Below, piece after piece: positions 27,868 through 50,955 of a stretch of 64,000 bases of DNA; the stretch's first letter is position 1; each line of letters begins with the position of its first letter. The notes beneath the pieces are model-generated. The model did no database searches. It was not told the DNA's origin and was given only the letters and a program-made list of their open reading frames with translations. The stretch comes from Amoebidium appalachense. Taxonomy: Eukaryota; Protista; Ichthyosporea. A program made the translations under genes and the position numbers. The stretch covers positions 2,976,001-3,040,000 of the forward strand of contig CAVNZM010000006.1 of assembly GCA_963693365.1 (NCBI GenBank), in the 5' to 3' direction.

Positions 27868-28180
27868 CACTATGGGGTGGAAACGGACGTATCCGCCGGT
27901 GGCACAGCATAGCAGGCGTGGCGCGGCTGTCTGTAAGTGGCATAAATTTATATGCATGTTTGTATATTTTTATGATAATCATATTTATAATCATATATAT
28001 ATGCTCTATATTCATAAATATTATATAATTTTCATACACTTACCTCTTTGCAGCGATTTTGGAGTTTGGCGCAGTGGCTCAGATCAATCAAGCCAACCAA
28101 TCAGACAGCAGGAAAGCTTGGTCCGGGGCGGCGGTGCCCATGTCGCCACCGGCGGATACGTCCGTTTCCACCCCATAGTG
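27868..28180. mobile_element. 313-bp non-autonomous TIR element (MITE) with 36-bp perfect TIRs starting CACTATGGGG
   Basis: CACTATGGGGTGGAAACGGACGTATCCGCCGGTGGC at 27868-27903 and its exact reverse complement at 28145-28180; AT-rich interior; no clear TSD. Confidence 0.85.
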
Positions 28181-28825
28181 GGCTGCTGTGCATCCACACC
28201 GCATCTGACCCTCCTGCCGACATGCCCATGGCAACACAGGGCCGTACATGACATTGACAGGAAACCACCGGCACCCCACTTCCTACGCACTTAACGGGCA
28301 GTGTATATCATATCTGGCAGCTGGTGTACATGTGTGTGACTTCATGAGTGTCACATGGACTGGTGGTGCCCGGTAGCGGTGTCACGTGTCCGGTTGCGTG
28401 TGACATTACACGTGTACGATCGACGGCGCGGAGCGCCGGGGGGGGGGGGGGGAGGGGGGGGGGGGGGGTGGGATTGTGTAGGGGCCTGACTGTGACACAA
28501 TCCATGAGCACACATGCAGAGTAACAGCACGTGTTACAGTACGTTTTACAGTACGCCTGGACCGGTCTGGAGGTCTCTAGATCTTTAGAAATTTGTGGTG
28601 TTCGTGTGGCAACCACAGGTGACATGAAGTGACTCAATTGCACAGTGCGTGACGGTATGAGCAGCTTGGGCCATAGAACAGCTAGAGCAGCCTCATGAAG
28701 GCCCTATGTGATCATGAGTGGTGGTGCACGTGGTACGGTGGTGGCCACAACTACTAAAGGATGACACGGTGTGTGCACGTGTGTGTGTGTGTGTGTGCGT
28801 GTTTTTTTTTATTTTTAAATTTGTT

Positions 28826-28883
<58 letters not shown>

Positions 28884-29768
28884 GAGCTGCTGCCGACCAG
28901 TGTCACTTCACAAGAGACTCGTTAACACATCAGCGGCATGCAAAAGCAGTTGTATATATTTGGGATCTACAAGACCCGGCGAATCCACTGCTCATGATAT
29001 GTCAATACATTACATGCAGTGGTTGTCGGTGTGCAATACGTACTTCTTATACCACACCAACCTTCGGCTACCCGGTGTTCTTGTCAGTGTAAGTAGTCAC
29101 GTGTGCTGTGCATGCTACTGCCCCTAGATGCGCATGCCGCCAAGGCATTCATTTTAATGCCTAAGCCCCCTCCCCCCCCATCCTTCCCCCCACCCCCGGC
29201 CCCCCCAAACACACACACGGTTGAGTGTTACTGATTAATCCATGCCCAGTATGAAAATTGACTCAGAAATACGTTGCCCGAAACCAACCAGAACGCCCCA
29301 TGGCGACGGTGGGTTCTCTGCAGGCGAAATCTCTGGACGTAAGAGTAATAATAACGATAGTAATAACAATCATTATAATAATAATTGAAGGAAGAGAAAG
29401 CTAAAAACAACTCGAGCTCCCAACCCGACCAACAACACAGGGTGCCACCTGCCACCACCGGCCCCGTACTGATTATGAGTAATTGGAAACAAAACATAGG
29501 TACTCACTGACTTGAATCTTTATCAAACACAACAATTTGACACAAACCCATGAAACGAGCTCGTAATAGACAAGGGGGGTTTACGCTGTTTACTCGAGGC
29601 AAAGAGAACCAGTCTCAGGTATGGGGGGGGGTTTTGCTCGGAATATCCCCTCAGCGGTATATCATGATCACGTACATAGATGTCGGGTGGTGACTATATA
29701 TCAGGGTTTACTTTCTCTACGAGACACCATAAAGACTACAAGGAGAAATCAATTAGTTGGGGTTCCCC

Positions 29769-29769
<1 letters not shown>

Positions 29770-29814
<45 letters not shown>

Positions 29815-29846
29815 GGGCTCCCCTCGGGACACTCGGTATCAGCTGG

Positions 29847-29899
<53 letters not shown>

Positions 29900-31720
29900 T
29901 GTGTGTGTGTGCGCGTGCGCTATAATTTTGTAGTGATGTGTTTCTCAAGCCAATCAATACATCTAATAAACAGGTCGTAGTTACGCGTGTTTAGTATAAA
30001 ATCAAGGATGTTGTAATTTACAGGTAGGCTATCTTTCTGGGTGTCTGTTGTGAATGTGACGTGTGTGTGTTGCGGTATTATGTGGTCTATCAAACTACAT
30101 TTGGCGATACATGACCGGTTAAACTGGTGTGTGTGTGTGTTGTTTGGGCATGCAAATGATGCCACCTTATACTTATTAGATCTCCACTGTATAGCACGTG
30201 TACAGTAAAAGCGTGGTAATTGATCAATAATACCATCAGCTAGAGAAAGACCAGTTCTACAGGAAGGTAATATGTATTTAGGTGTTATACACTTGCGAGT
30301 GCCATATTTGGCAATATGGTTGAGGCGGTCAGTATATATAAAACGAGACATAAGGCTTAGTTTTTCAAGGTGTATGCTTTCATCGGGTCTAGTGTCGTGT
30401 GGTATCTTTTTCCATTTGTTATATTGCGTGGTTATCTTGTGATTGTGTACATGTTTAATAAGTAAGTGGCAGTCCAAAGTCACACACACACTATTGCGGG
30501 GTTTATTTGTATTTGTGCCCAGGGGAGAAGGGGAGAGAGAGGGGAGGAAAGAGGGGAGAGGTGAGGAGGGGACAGGTCGGATAGAGAAGAGAGGGTGGGA
30601 GGGCAAATACTTCTTTAAGCGGCTTATGTGCTTATTGAATTTCAGCGCGAGATAGGATACTCTAGCAGCTATTGGGACCAGACCATATATCGAGAGCGTT
30701 ACAGGCCCAGGTTTACAACAGTTGTTAGATAGAAAGGAGGCAACTTCTGCTTCAAGGAAATTTGCCAAGGGTTTAAGCGCTCTAGTTCTCTCTTTCTTGA
30801 TCCAAGCGGCGAGAAGGGGTAAACCATATTCACATGCCGGGAAGACAAAAGTGCGAATAAATGTAAGTCTAATAGAAGGATGGAGGGGTGTGTCTTTAAA
30901 AATATTAGCCGAGAAGAAAGCTAACCGCTTACGAGCCAACTCTACCCTCTTTTCGACCATATGGGGAAACATAACACCAACAGAATCAACCGGAACACCA
31001 AGATATTTGTATTCTGGAACTATAGGTACAGGTTTAGATGATAATGTAAATGTGTGTAAATTGTTAGCTATATCAGGTACAAGAACACCACATTTGTCTA
31101 TGTTAAGGATCATAAGGTTTGCCTTGCACCACTCTGACACTACATCGAACAATATTTGCAGGCGTCTAGGGGTACGGGCAAGGAGGGACAGATCATCAGC
31201 ATAGAGAAGTGCAGGCGGAAAGTTATTAATAGGGTCATCGTTTTCGGCGTAAATCTTGACAGCCAAATCATCTATAAATAGGTTAAACAAAAAGGGGCTA
31301 AGCAATGAACCCTGCCAGAGACCTCTAGTACGAGCAAAACCATATGAAAGATGCCCATTAACCACAGCTCTACCATAGGTTTGAGACAAGAGTGCTTCTA
31401 ACAGAACACCAATGCAGTGTGGTACACCCCGTGCAGCAAGCTTTTCCCATAGGAGACCAGGGGAGACAGAATCGTAAGCAGTTTTCCAATCAATAAAGCC
31501 AACATATTGTGCACCAACTTGCATAGAATCGTGCAGTGCCATTATTTGAACATAACATGAATTGTTTTTACGAAAAGCGGATTGGCATGGGTGTATGTGA
31601 AGAATAGATTGAAACCTAGGGTGATGTGCAAATAACCTAAGTAAGCAAGCTTCAAAGAATCTACGAACAACCTGGGTTAGTGTAATGGGGCGAAAGCAGA
31701 AATATTGGTGTAAGTAGTAT
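29770..31720 (-). mobile_element. 5'-truncated non-LTR retrotransposon (LINE) with (CA)n 3' UTR and poly(A) tail
   Basis: RT ORF followed on the minus strand by (CA)n (29850-29910) and an ~40-nt A tail (T-run 29770-29810 on +). The 5' end is lost just upstream of FRPITL; the segment is absent from the paralogous duplicated unit. Confidence 0.88.
29920..31700 (-). CDS. Non-LTR reverse transcriptase ORF (N-terminally truncated)
   Basis: Open frame extends upstream of the annotated Met: FRPITL, QSAFRKN, FIDWKTAYDSV, GLWQGSLLSPFLFNLFIDDL, LLYADDL, YKYLGV; Cys/His-containing C-terminus. Confidence 0.92.
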
Positions 31721-32507
31721 GATCATACCTATAGGCTCTAGTTATAACAAGTAATACCAGCCTAATGGGTCATGGAATTAGGTAATAGCAGTTATATGAC
31801 TAAAAGCATTTACTGTATTTGATAGAATTAAGTATGATAGCAGTAACATTACCTATATATAAAAGGCAATAGTAATCATTGGCAATGTAGTAATATCACC
31901 TACATTACTAGGTCTCAAACACCCACCGCCACCGCCACTACCCCAGGCCTGCACGTACACCCAAACCTGCCCCGTCCATCTGTGGGGGCACACACAAAGT
32001 GTCAGGCTGGCTAAACATTCCCCAGGCATTTTTGTGACCCTCCCCCCCCCCCCCCCCCCCCCCCCGCCCTGGCCCCATGCATCCCCCCTCCCACCCCCAC
32101 CCCCCTTCCCCCCCTCCCCCCCCTCCCCTTCCCGCCCCAACCTCGACCACCACCACCACCACACACACAAAGGGGAGGTAGGAGAGGAGGACAAGAGAGG
32201 GCAAGGGACTGGAAAAGGGGGCCGGGGCTGGGATGCGGGTAAAACAAGTGCGTCTAAATAGGTGTGTAAGTGAGTAGGCGAGTGAAGGAGTGTGCACGTG
32301 TGTGTGTGTGTGTCTGTGTGTGTGTGTGCGTGTGCGTGTGTGTACATGTGTGTGTGTTCGAGTATGAGTGTGTGAGTGTTATTGGAAGACGGGGGGTGAA
32401 GAGGGGGGGGGGGGGGGGGAGGGGGGAGGGGGGGAGAGGGGGGGAGAGGGAGAGAGAGTGTGTGTGTGCATGTTTTTCCTTTCCTTTTTCTTTCCTCTTC
32501 TTTTCCT

Positions 32508-32561
<54 letters not shown>

Positions 32562-32591
32562 GACCCACCATGTTGCTTATTTCACACCAGC

Positions 32592-34567
32592 TCAATCCGA
32601 GCCATCCCCCTCTTCCTCGCTACTACCCTGCAGTTCAACGGTCTCGCATCCTCTCACCGCATTCGTGTCCTTCAGTTGTGGACAAACACGGATCTTAACC
32701 TCTCGTAGGTTTGGAAGCCCACCGGCCGGGACGGGGCCCAGGGAGTGCACACCGTAGCATTTATACATATGCAGAACATTAGCCATATACGCTGAAAGTG
32801 TTGCGCTTTTCAAATGTGGGAGTGGTGGGATGTTGGTTATCGAAACATGGACTGCAACCTTCAAATGCTCAAGACTTCGGCAGTACTCCAACGGCGAAAA
32901 GTCGATAAAACCGTTCTCACTCCCCCTGGGCGATGAAAAACTCAACCTTTTCAGCGCACGGCATACTTCCAAGAACTTTGGGCGGTAAGTGAAGGTGTTT
33001 GAATCTCGCAGGCTAGAGGAGAAATCCACATCTAGCACCAAAGTTTGGAGGTTGGGCGCGCAAGTCCATGAACACGATGAAGTCTCTGTCGTGGATGTCT
33101 ACGTCAGGTGACTGGTAGTAGATTTCAGCCATGTTTTCGTGGGGCTCGCTGTTCTGTGGAAACGCAGGGATTTCGCAATTCCTGAAGCGCCAAGCGGGTC
33201 ATGTTGCGGCAAGCTTCGAATGCCACAAACACAAAACGTGAGCTAAAGTCATATTTGCGGTACTGCCACTCCCACGGAAACCCCACCGCAGGAAAATCCA
33301 GCGAAACACTTTTCAGGGTAGGTGCCAGTGCAGAAATCAAGGACGTAAAAACGAGAAATGAATCTGTGGCGCAAAGATCGGTGTTATTGTCAACATGAAA
33401 ACGGAAGTCTTGTACATTCTTTAGCGACGAGATGTGATTGACCACGGCATCCTTTGTAGTTCGTATGTCTTTGTGTTTTTTCCAAGTCAGAGTAGTCAAT
33501 GCTGAAATACAAATACCACCGGGAACTATCGAGTTAAGTTTCCGGCACGTGCGACTGAGGTTGCAGCGATCATAATAGGAAAGGTGGGAGATGATGCGGT
33601 GGATGAGCTCTGGCGGAAGGAGCAGCAGGGGGGACCCTGTGAGTGTGGTGGCTGGTCAGCAAAACCCACGTTCAGCGTATAGTTAGTTTGGGCCACCATT
33701 GAATGTCAGCTTCGGCCCATGCAATCCCGTGTGTGGGAATTTTCCAAGTAGCTTGCACGCAAGGTATGCGAGCATGTTGGTTGTCTGTGCAGGGAATGGA
33801 AATGCCACAAGTTGCCTCATTCTTTTCCAAACCACAGTCCTAGCTTGTTTCCTTCCCCTTCACTGTGTCCCTTCTTCCATTACTTGCCTCCCCCAAGCCC
33901 TCAAGTCACTATCTGGCTTCCCCCCCCACACCTTCCAAACACAAAGATCAACGCCATCACCACCACCACAACAACAGGCTGCAACTGCCACCAAGGGAGG
34001 CAAAAAAAAACAACAAAAACCAGCAAACAACCTGATTACAGAGGCACAAGGAAGGACACAGCTCCCGCCATCCAACTTCCCATACCAGCTGCACACACAC
34101 TCTGTTACGCAATTCTAACCCAACGTCCTCCATCTTCCCCCTCCCCCTCCCCCCCTTCCCCCCCTCTCCAGCGCCCTTTCCACCAGCCAAATCAGTTCCT
34201 GCCTCACCAGTGCGAAAAGACAATGCAACTAATGCCTTTCAATTATGTGCTCGAGACCAAATAATTCTTTTAATTGAGGGGCAAAATTTAGACACCAATA
34301 CATGAAATATACGTGGAATATATGTGGAATGTACGTGTTGAATATACGTGGAATATACGTGGAATATACGTGGAAGGCAAAAAAGTGAGGCACAGAGTGA
34401 GTAGGAGCTCAAGAGAATAGGAGGGGAACAGGGATTGACCAGGAAAAGGGGAAAGCGTAAAAGAGAGAAGCAGAAAAAAAGAAAAACAAAAATGCCTGGG
34501 CAATACCTTTCTTGCTTGGGTCGACCTCTGCCGGCACCTCCAGCTTCTGTTTCTTTTTCGTTCCCAT
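32592..34567 (-). pseudogene. Degenerate paralogue of the F-box/LRR-like gene at 37375-39265
   Basis: Exon 1 34567-34507 (MGTKKKQKLEVPAEVDPSKK); exon 2 from 33651 with F-box LLLLPPELIHRIISHL; deletion after SIVPG, frameshift near 33180 with stop at 33125; downstream fragment 33041-32592 lacks a large internal block. Confidence 0.85.
34305..34375 (+). repeat. 11-bp tandem repeat (AATATACGTGG), ~6 copies
   Basis: Direct reading; lies in the intron of the F-box pseudogene. Confidence 0.85.
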
Positions 34568-35465
34568 CCTTACTCTCGTGCACGATGACCCTCCCAACCA
34601 GGCCATTCACACGCTCAGCTGTGTTAATTTCGAGGAAAAAACGTCTACCAACACAATTGTTTTCTAACTTAACTGTATTGCGTAGTTGGTTGATTCTATT
34701 CGTGTACAAAGACCATGTGCATGAATGCTCAGCTGAGTTTAAGTTCAAAATACAAAACTTCGCCCAAAACACTTTGTTCATAAAAGTGCACAAAATGAAG
34801 CCAGCCAGCGCTAGCCGGAGCCTTTATATAGCGGGAGGAAGATGTACCAAGATAGAAAACACAAAACGTCATCACTTGAAAAAAACCCGAGCTCAGACCT
34901 TGTAGCGAGGGAAATAAAAAAAAGAAAAGGAAAGAAAGAAAAAAAAAACGTGCAGGCAGACTGCCTATGCACATAGCCCACCATAATGGGTTCCTCTGCC
35001 TCCACTGGGAAGGAAGGGGAAAGGGAGGGGAAGGGGAGAGGGGAGGAGGGGGAGAGGCAGAGGAGGGGGGGTCACGTGGCATGCATGCATATGGGTGCCG
35101 CGTTAAAGTTTTTACGGGAGGGGGGGGGGGGGGGGGGGGGGGGGTAATGCTATGGGTGCATTTCTTTTTATTGCCCAATTTCTTTTCAGGCAACACAAAA
35201 AAAAAACGTCTTACAAGAACCGATTGCAAATGTAAACCGAAATAGTATTTTAGGGATATACAAGACCCAGAAAATTTAATCCACAGCCTGATTTATCAAT
35301 AAACATACTATGGCATGCGTTGGCTGCCTGTCTACAAAACGTATTTCTCTGACCACACCTACCAACGTTCTTACTTAGTCTAGGTAAATTTAGCTAAATA
35401 ATTTAGTTGTGTGCCCAGGCTACAGCCTCCATCCATGTGGTGAAACTCGGTCTATGCCTATATAA

Positions 35466-35500
<35 letters not shown>

Positions 35501-35729
35501 TACCCAAGGCCCCCCTGACAAAAACAATAATGATAAAAATTAAAAAAAGAAGAAAGAAAGAAATCCAAAGAAAAAGAACATAGCAAAAGAAAAAAGGAGC
35601 CGAAGCAAGTGTCCGTGAGCAGTTAGGGTTAGGCATATGTTGCAGTGTGGGTGCTGGTGTGTGCATACTATTAGACTTTATCCGTGCTACGAATGGCCAT
35701 AAGATTTTGTGTGTGTGTGTGTGTGTGTG

Positions 35730-35807
<78 letters not shown>

Positions 35808-35931
35808 ATGTGTACCACCGTGCGTGCTCGCGCGTGCACGTGCGTCCATGTGCCATATGGGAGCAGTTGTGTGCAGCTAAGGATGTCTTCCGATATATCT
35901 GACAAGCCCGGGTAAAAATCCCCCCCGCTCC

Positions 35932-35968
<37 letters not shown>

Positions 35969-37115
35969 ACAACACACACACAAAAGCAATAATAATAATA
36001 ATAATAAATATGAAAAAAATAATATTAGTGAAGGGAAAGAAAAGAAAAATTTTAAAGACAATTCCCAACCCGACCAACAATACAGAGTGCTACCTGACAC
36101 CACCAGCCCGATATTGTTACTGGAGACAATAGTAATATTGGTTTTAGTTTGATATTACCTGTAGGAGAATTAAGTAATAGTAGTAATATCACCTCGAGTA
36201 AAAATTAAAGGTAACCACACTACCATCACCTACAGTAACAGGTCTACGAACACTCTCACCGCCACTCCCCCAGGTCTGCACGTGCATAAGCAGACACCCA
36301 ACACTGCCTAGCACCGAAATATAGCCTGTGTAAACGATATCTGTGGGGGCACACACAAAGTGTCAGGCTGGCTACACACACCCAGGCAATCATACAGAAC
36401 ATCCCCCCCCCCCCCCCCCCCCCCCACAACCCCTCGCCCAGCCCCACGCACCCCCCTCCCCCGTTAGGTGTGGTTGGCAAAATCGACACTAGTGTACTTG
36501 TGCACAAGAATGCTCAAACATTAGCCCCCCCCCCCTCCCCCAGGCACGCACGCAGGCACGCACAACACACACAATGATACCAGGTACTGTACAAGCACAA
36601 ACACACCTTTCTTCTAAAAACGGGAAACAAACAAAACGACACCTGCCCGGGTAGTCTAAGATTCCGCCTTGAAAAAAAAAGTAGTTGTGGTGGCTTCCTC
36701 CAATAAATAAGGTAAAAAGGCACACATGTGTTTATGGGTTGGTGTAACATTTAAAAGGGGGTACGGAAGAGCATTAGGGAGGGTAAGGGAGTGTGGAAGG
36801 GTGGTTGGGAAGCACTGTCAGCCAAAATGGGTTCGAGTTCACCTTGATTCAGTAAGTGTGCAAGTGTGCAAGTGGGTAAATGAGTTAGCGCGCTCGCGCG
36901 CGCAACGTGTGCGCACGTGAGTGAGTGTGGGTGTGAGTTAAAGGGGGAGGGAGGGGGGGGGGGGAGGGGGGGGGGGGGTGAGGAGGGAGGGAAAGTGAGG
37001 GAGAGAAAGAGAGAGATTGTAAATGTGTGTGTGTGTGTGTGTCGGTGCGTGTCCTTTTTGTCTTCGCTTTTTCCTTTCCTTTTTTACCGTGGCGGGGGGC
37101 GTTGCGTCTTGGGGA

Positions 37116-37149
<34 letters not shown>

Positions 37150-37150
37150 A

Positions 37151-37194
<44 letters not shown>

Positions 37195-37303
37195 AGAATG
37201 TGTTCTACAATGTACGAAGTACACACTCATACCGGACAACACAACGCAGAAGGCAAACCACACGAAAAGTATGCATAACAAGCAGAGCCCATCCTCCGAG
37301 GTA

Positions 37304-37342
<39 letters not shown>

Positions 37343-37374
37343 CCATTTGGCTTATTTATCACCCGTCACCCGCT

Positions 37375-39265
37375 CTATCCTAGCAATCCATTCAAATCTT
37401 CCTCGCCATTAGCGCACAGTGTGAAGTGGCATCTCCCCTCGCATCCCCTCAACGCTTTCATGTCCTCCAACTGTGGACACAAACATATGTACACCCTTCG
37501 CATATTTGGCAACCCTCCGGCTGGAACGGGGCCTAGGGAGTGCACATCGCGGCACGTCTGCATGTGTAGACGTTCCAAATGGGGATACTGTGATAGGTCA
37601 AGTACGGAGTGACCGGGAAAATCAATGTGGCCCAAACTCAAAGACTCGAGTGCGCCTAGTTTCCTCATTACGTGCCCCGGCCAATTGACAAAACTAAAAA
37701 CCACGTGTGTGAGTGTGTTCCTGGACCTTTCTAGAAACGCCATGTTTCCCGGATCGTAACGATCGACGGCTGCTTCGTCGAAACCATCTTCGTCATCGTC
37801 ATCAAGTATTACTCTGGCGCCCACACAAACACTTTCCAGGCGAGCAGTGCGTACTCGTGGAAAAGGTCCCTTGTTCAGCTTACAATCTAAACGGGTGAGC
37901 TCGGGACTTGTAAGCATAACATCAGCACTACATGCTGAAAGTGTTGCGCTTTTCAAACGTGGGAGTGGTGGGATGTTGGTTATCGAAACATCGACAGAAA
38001 CCTTCAGATGCTCAAGGTCTCGGCAATATTTCATCAGGGAAAAGTCGACGTTATGATCCTCATTCCCCCCGCGCGCCGAGAACTCAAACCGCTTCAGCGC
38101 ACGGCACGTTTTTAGGAATTCCGGACAGTATGTAAAGTCGTTGTCTGGATCCGTTTCATCATCGGTAAACTCAAAATTCACCACCAAGGTTTGCACGTTA
38201 GGCATCAAACTCAAAAACACTTTGAAGTTTCGGTCATGGATGCGTTCGCCATAATTGTAGTGGAAGTCAGTGATGTTTTTGTTGAGCTCGCTATTCTTGA
38301 AAAACGCAGGAATCTTGCAGTTCTTAAGCTCCAAGCGGGTCATGTTGCAGCAAGCCTCGAATGCCACAAACACAAAACGTGAGCTTCTGTCATGGCAGTG
38401 CGACTTTGGAAAATCCAGGGAAACACTTTTGAGAGTAGGTGCCAATGCTGAAATCAAGGCCGTAAAAACGAGAAACGTATCTGTGGACCGTGCGTTGGTC
38501 TCCCCCTCAATATGGAATCGGAAATCCTGTACCGTTTTTAACATAGAGACGTGATTAACCACGGCATCCTTGTACTCGCTATGTGTTTGTGCTTTGTCCA
38601 AGTTAGAGTAAACGGTCGTAAAGTGCAAACGTGTTATTGACTTGCCCCATTTCTGTATGCACCGTATCAAATCGCTGGGGCTGCCACGACCAATCCGTCC
38701 CCCAGGAACAACGCTCAAACGTAGAGTGAGGCCCGACGCACCGGGAACTATCGAGTTGAGTTTCCGGCACGTCAGAGTGAGCTTGCAGCGACTGGAGTAT
38801 GGAAGGTGGGAGGTGATGCGTTGGATGAGCTCTGGTGGAAGAAGCAGCAGGGGGTACCCTGTGAGTGTGGTGGCTGGTCAGCAGAACGAAGTGATCGGTT
38901 AGTTTGGGGCCCTCTTTGTGGACAAAATATACGGTACGTGTTTATATAAACAGACCGTGCCCTGGTTATTCTAAAGTCTTTCAATAACTCATGGTTCTCT
39001 CCTGCTCTCGGCCTCTGGCCTATTTAAGTGTGCCGACAGATGAAACGCAAAAGAGGGAGGCACGGAGACACTAAAAGCTGAAGAGGTGGAGATAAATCGA
39101 AAAAAAAAAAATGGGGTGGGGAAGGGATGGATCAAAAAACAGGGAGAAAGCAAAACAGAGAGGCTGAGGCACACACAGAAGAAACAAACATGCCCGGGCC
39201 ATACCTATCTCGCTTGGATCAACCCCTGCCGGCAACACCTGCTTCTGCTTCTTTTTCTTTCCCAT
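37375..39265 (-). CDS. F-box protein with LRR-like C-terminal region (~520 aa), 2 exons
   Basis: Exon 1 39265-39205 (phase 1, GT donor) joins exon 2 38873-37375 (CTAAC branch site, CAG acceptor) in frame. F-box LLLLPPELIQRITSHLPYSSRCKLTLTCRKLN; LxxLxL repeats (LKSVSL, MTRLEL, LEHLKV, LESLSL, LERLHM). Confidence 0.82.
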
Positions 39266-40130
39266 CCTCAAACTCCCGCTGCAAGGTTCCCCCTAACTTT
39301 TACCAAACTGAGTCGTGAACTTGTGATTTGACTGCGCAGAGGCCGTGACCGGGGCTTGAAACTCCACAGGGCTATAAAAGTCATCGAAGTCACAGGAGCT
39401 GCATCTGGCTATGATGCAAAACCGGTGCGCATGCACGTGTATATCGACAAATGATTCAATATCCTATGTCCTACGCTTGTACGCGTTTTATCTCCACATA
39501 TAACTTGTATGTTGTAACGTCGTTTTCTACATGTGTATGTTGTTGGGTGGAAGCACTGTTGGCCTTGGTGCCGACACACCATCACAGCTCACCTACCCCA
39601 CGTCGATGATAATCATGCATATATGATCAACACATCCCCCCCCTTCCCCCCCCCCCCCCCCCCCCCCGAATAGGTCCCCGCTATTAGTTTTTATAATGTA
39701 GTCAGTATGTGCGGCAGACCGGCCTTCAGGCATGTACAGTATACCTACTTCATTTTATTGGTATATAAAAATATATTCACATGACACTGTAACGGTTTTG
39801 TTTTTTGGCCTATTAAAACGGTAATTTGCATGAGCGCCTACTGCGAGTCATTGAGTTACTGTACGTAAATACAATTGTTCAGCCTCTTGAATATATATAG
39901 GACACATAGAGCTACATGGCATACAGCAGCTATCAAATGGCACACAAACATCGTATTATTTGAGAGTCTGGCACGTGCTTACGTAAAAATGTCACTCATT
40001 ACAACAGGAACCGTGTATATACCTGCTGTTTTTGAACCTTTGTTTTTAGAAAAATCGACCGATAATCATTCCCAATAACGCAACAGCACGAAGAAGCATT
40101 CGCGCAACCCAACCCACCTTTCGCATGCGC

Positions 40131-40186
<56 letters not shown>

Positions 40187-40250
40187 AAAAAAGAAAGAAA
40201 ATAAAAAAGAAAAGAAAAGAAAAGAAAAAGAAAAACCCTATCTACCAACA

Positions 40251-50955
<10,705 letters not shown>

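Noticed and set aside
38936-39020. Extra middle exon for the F-box gene
   Set aside because: Available donors give a phase incompatible with exon 2, whereas exon 1 joins exon 2 directly in frame.
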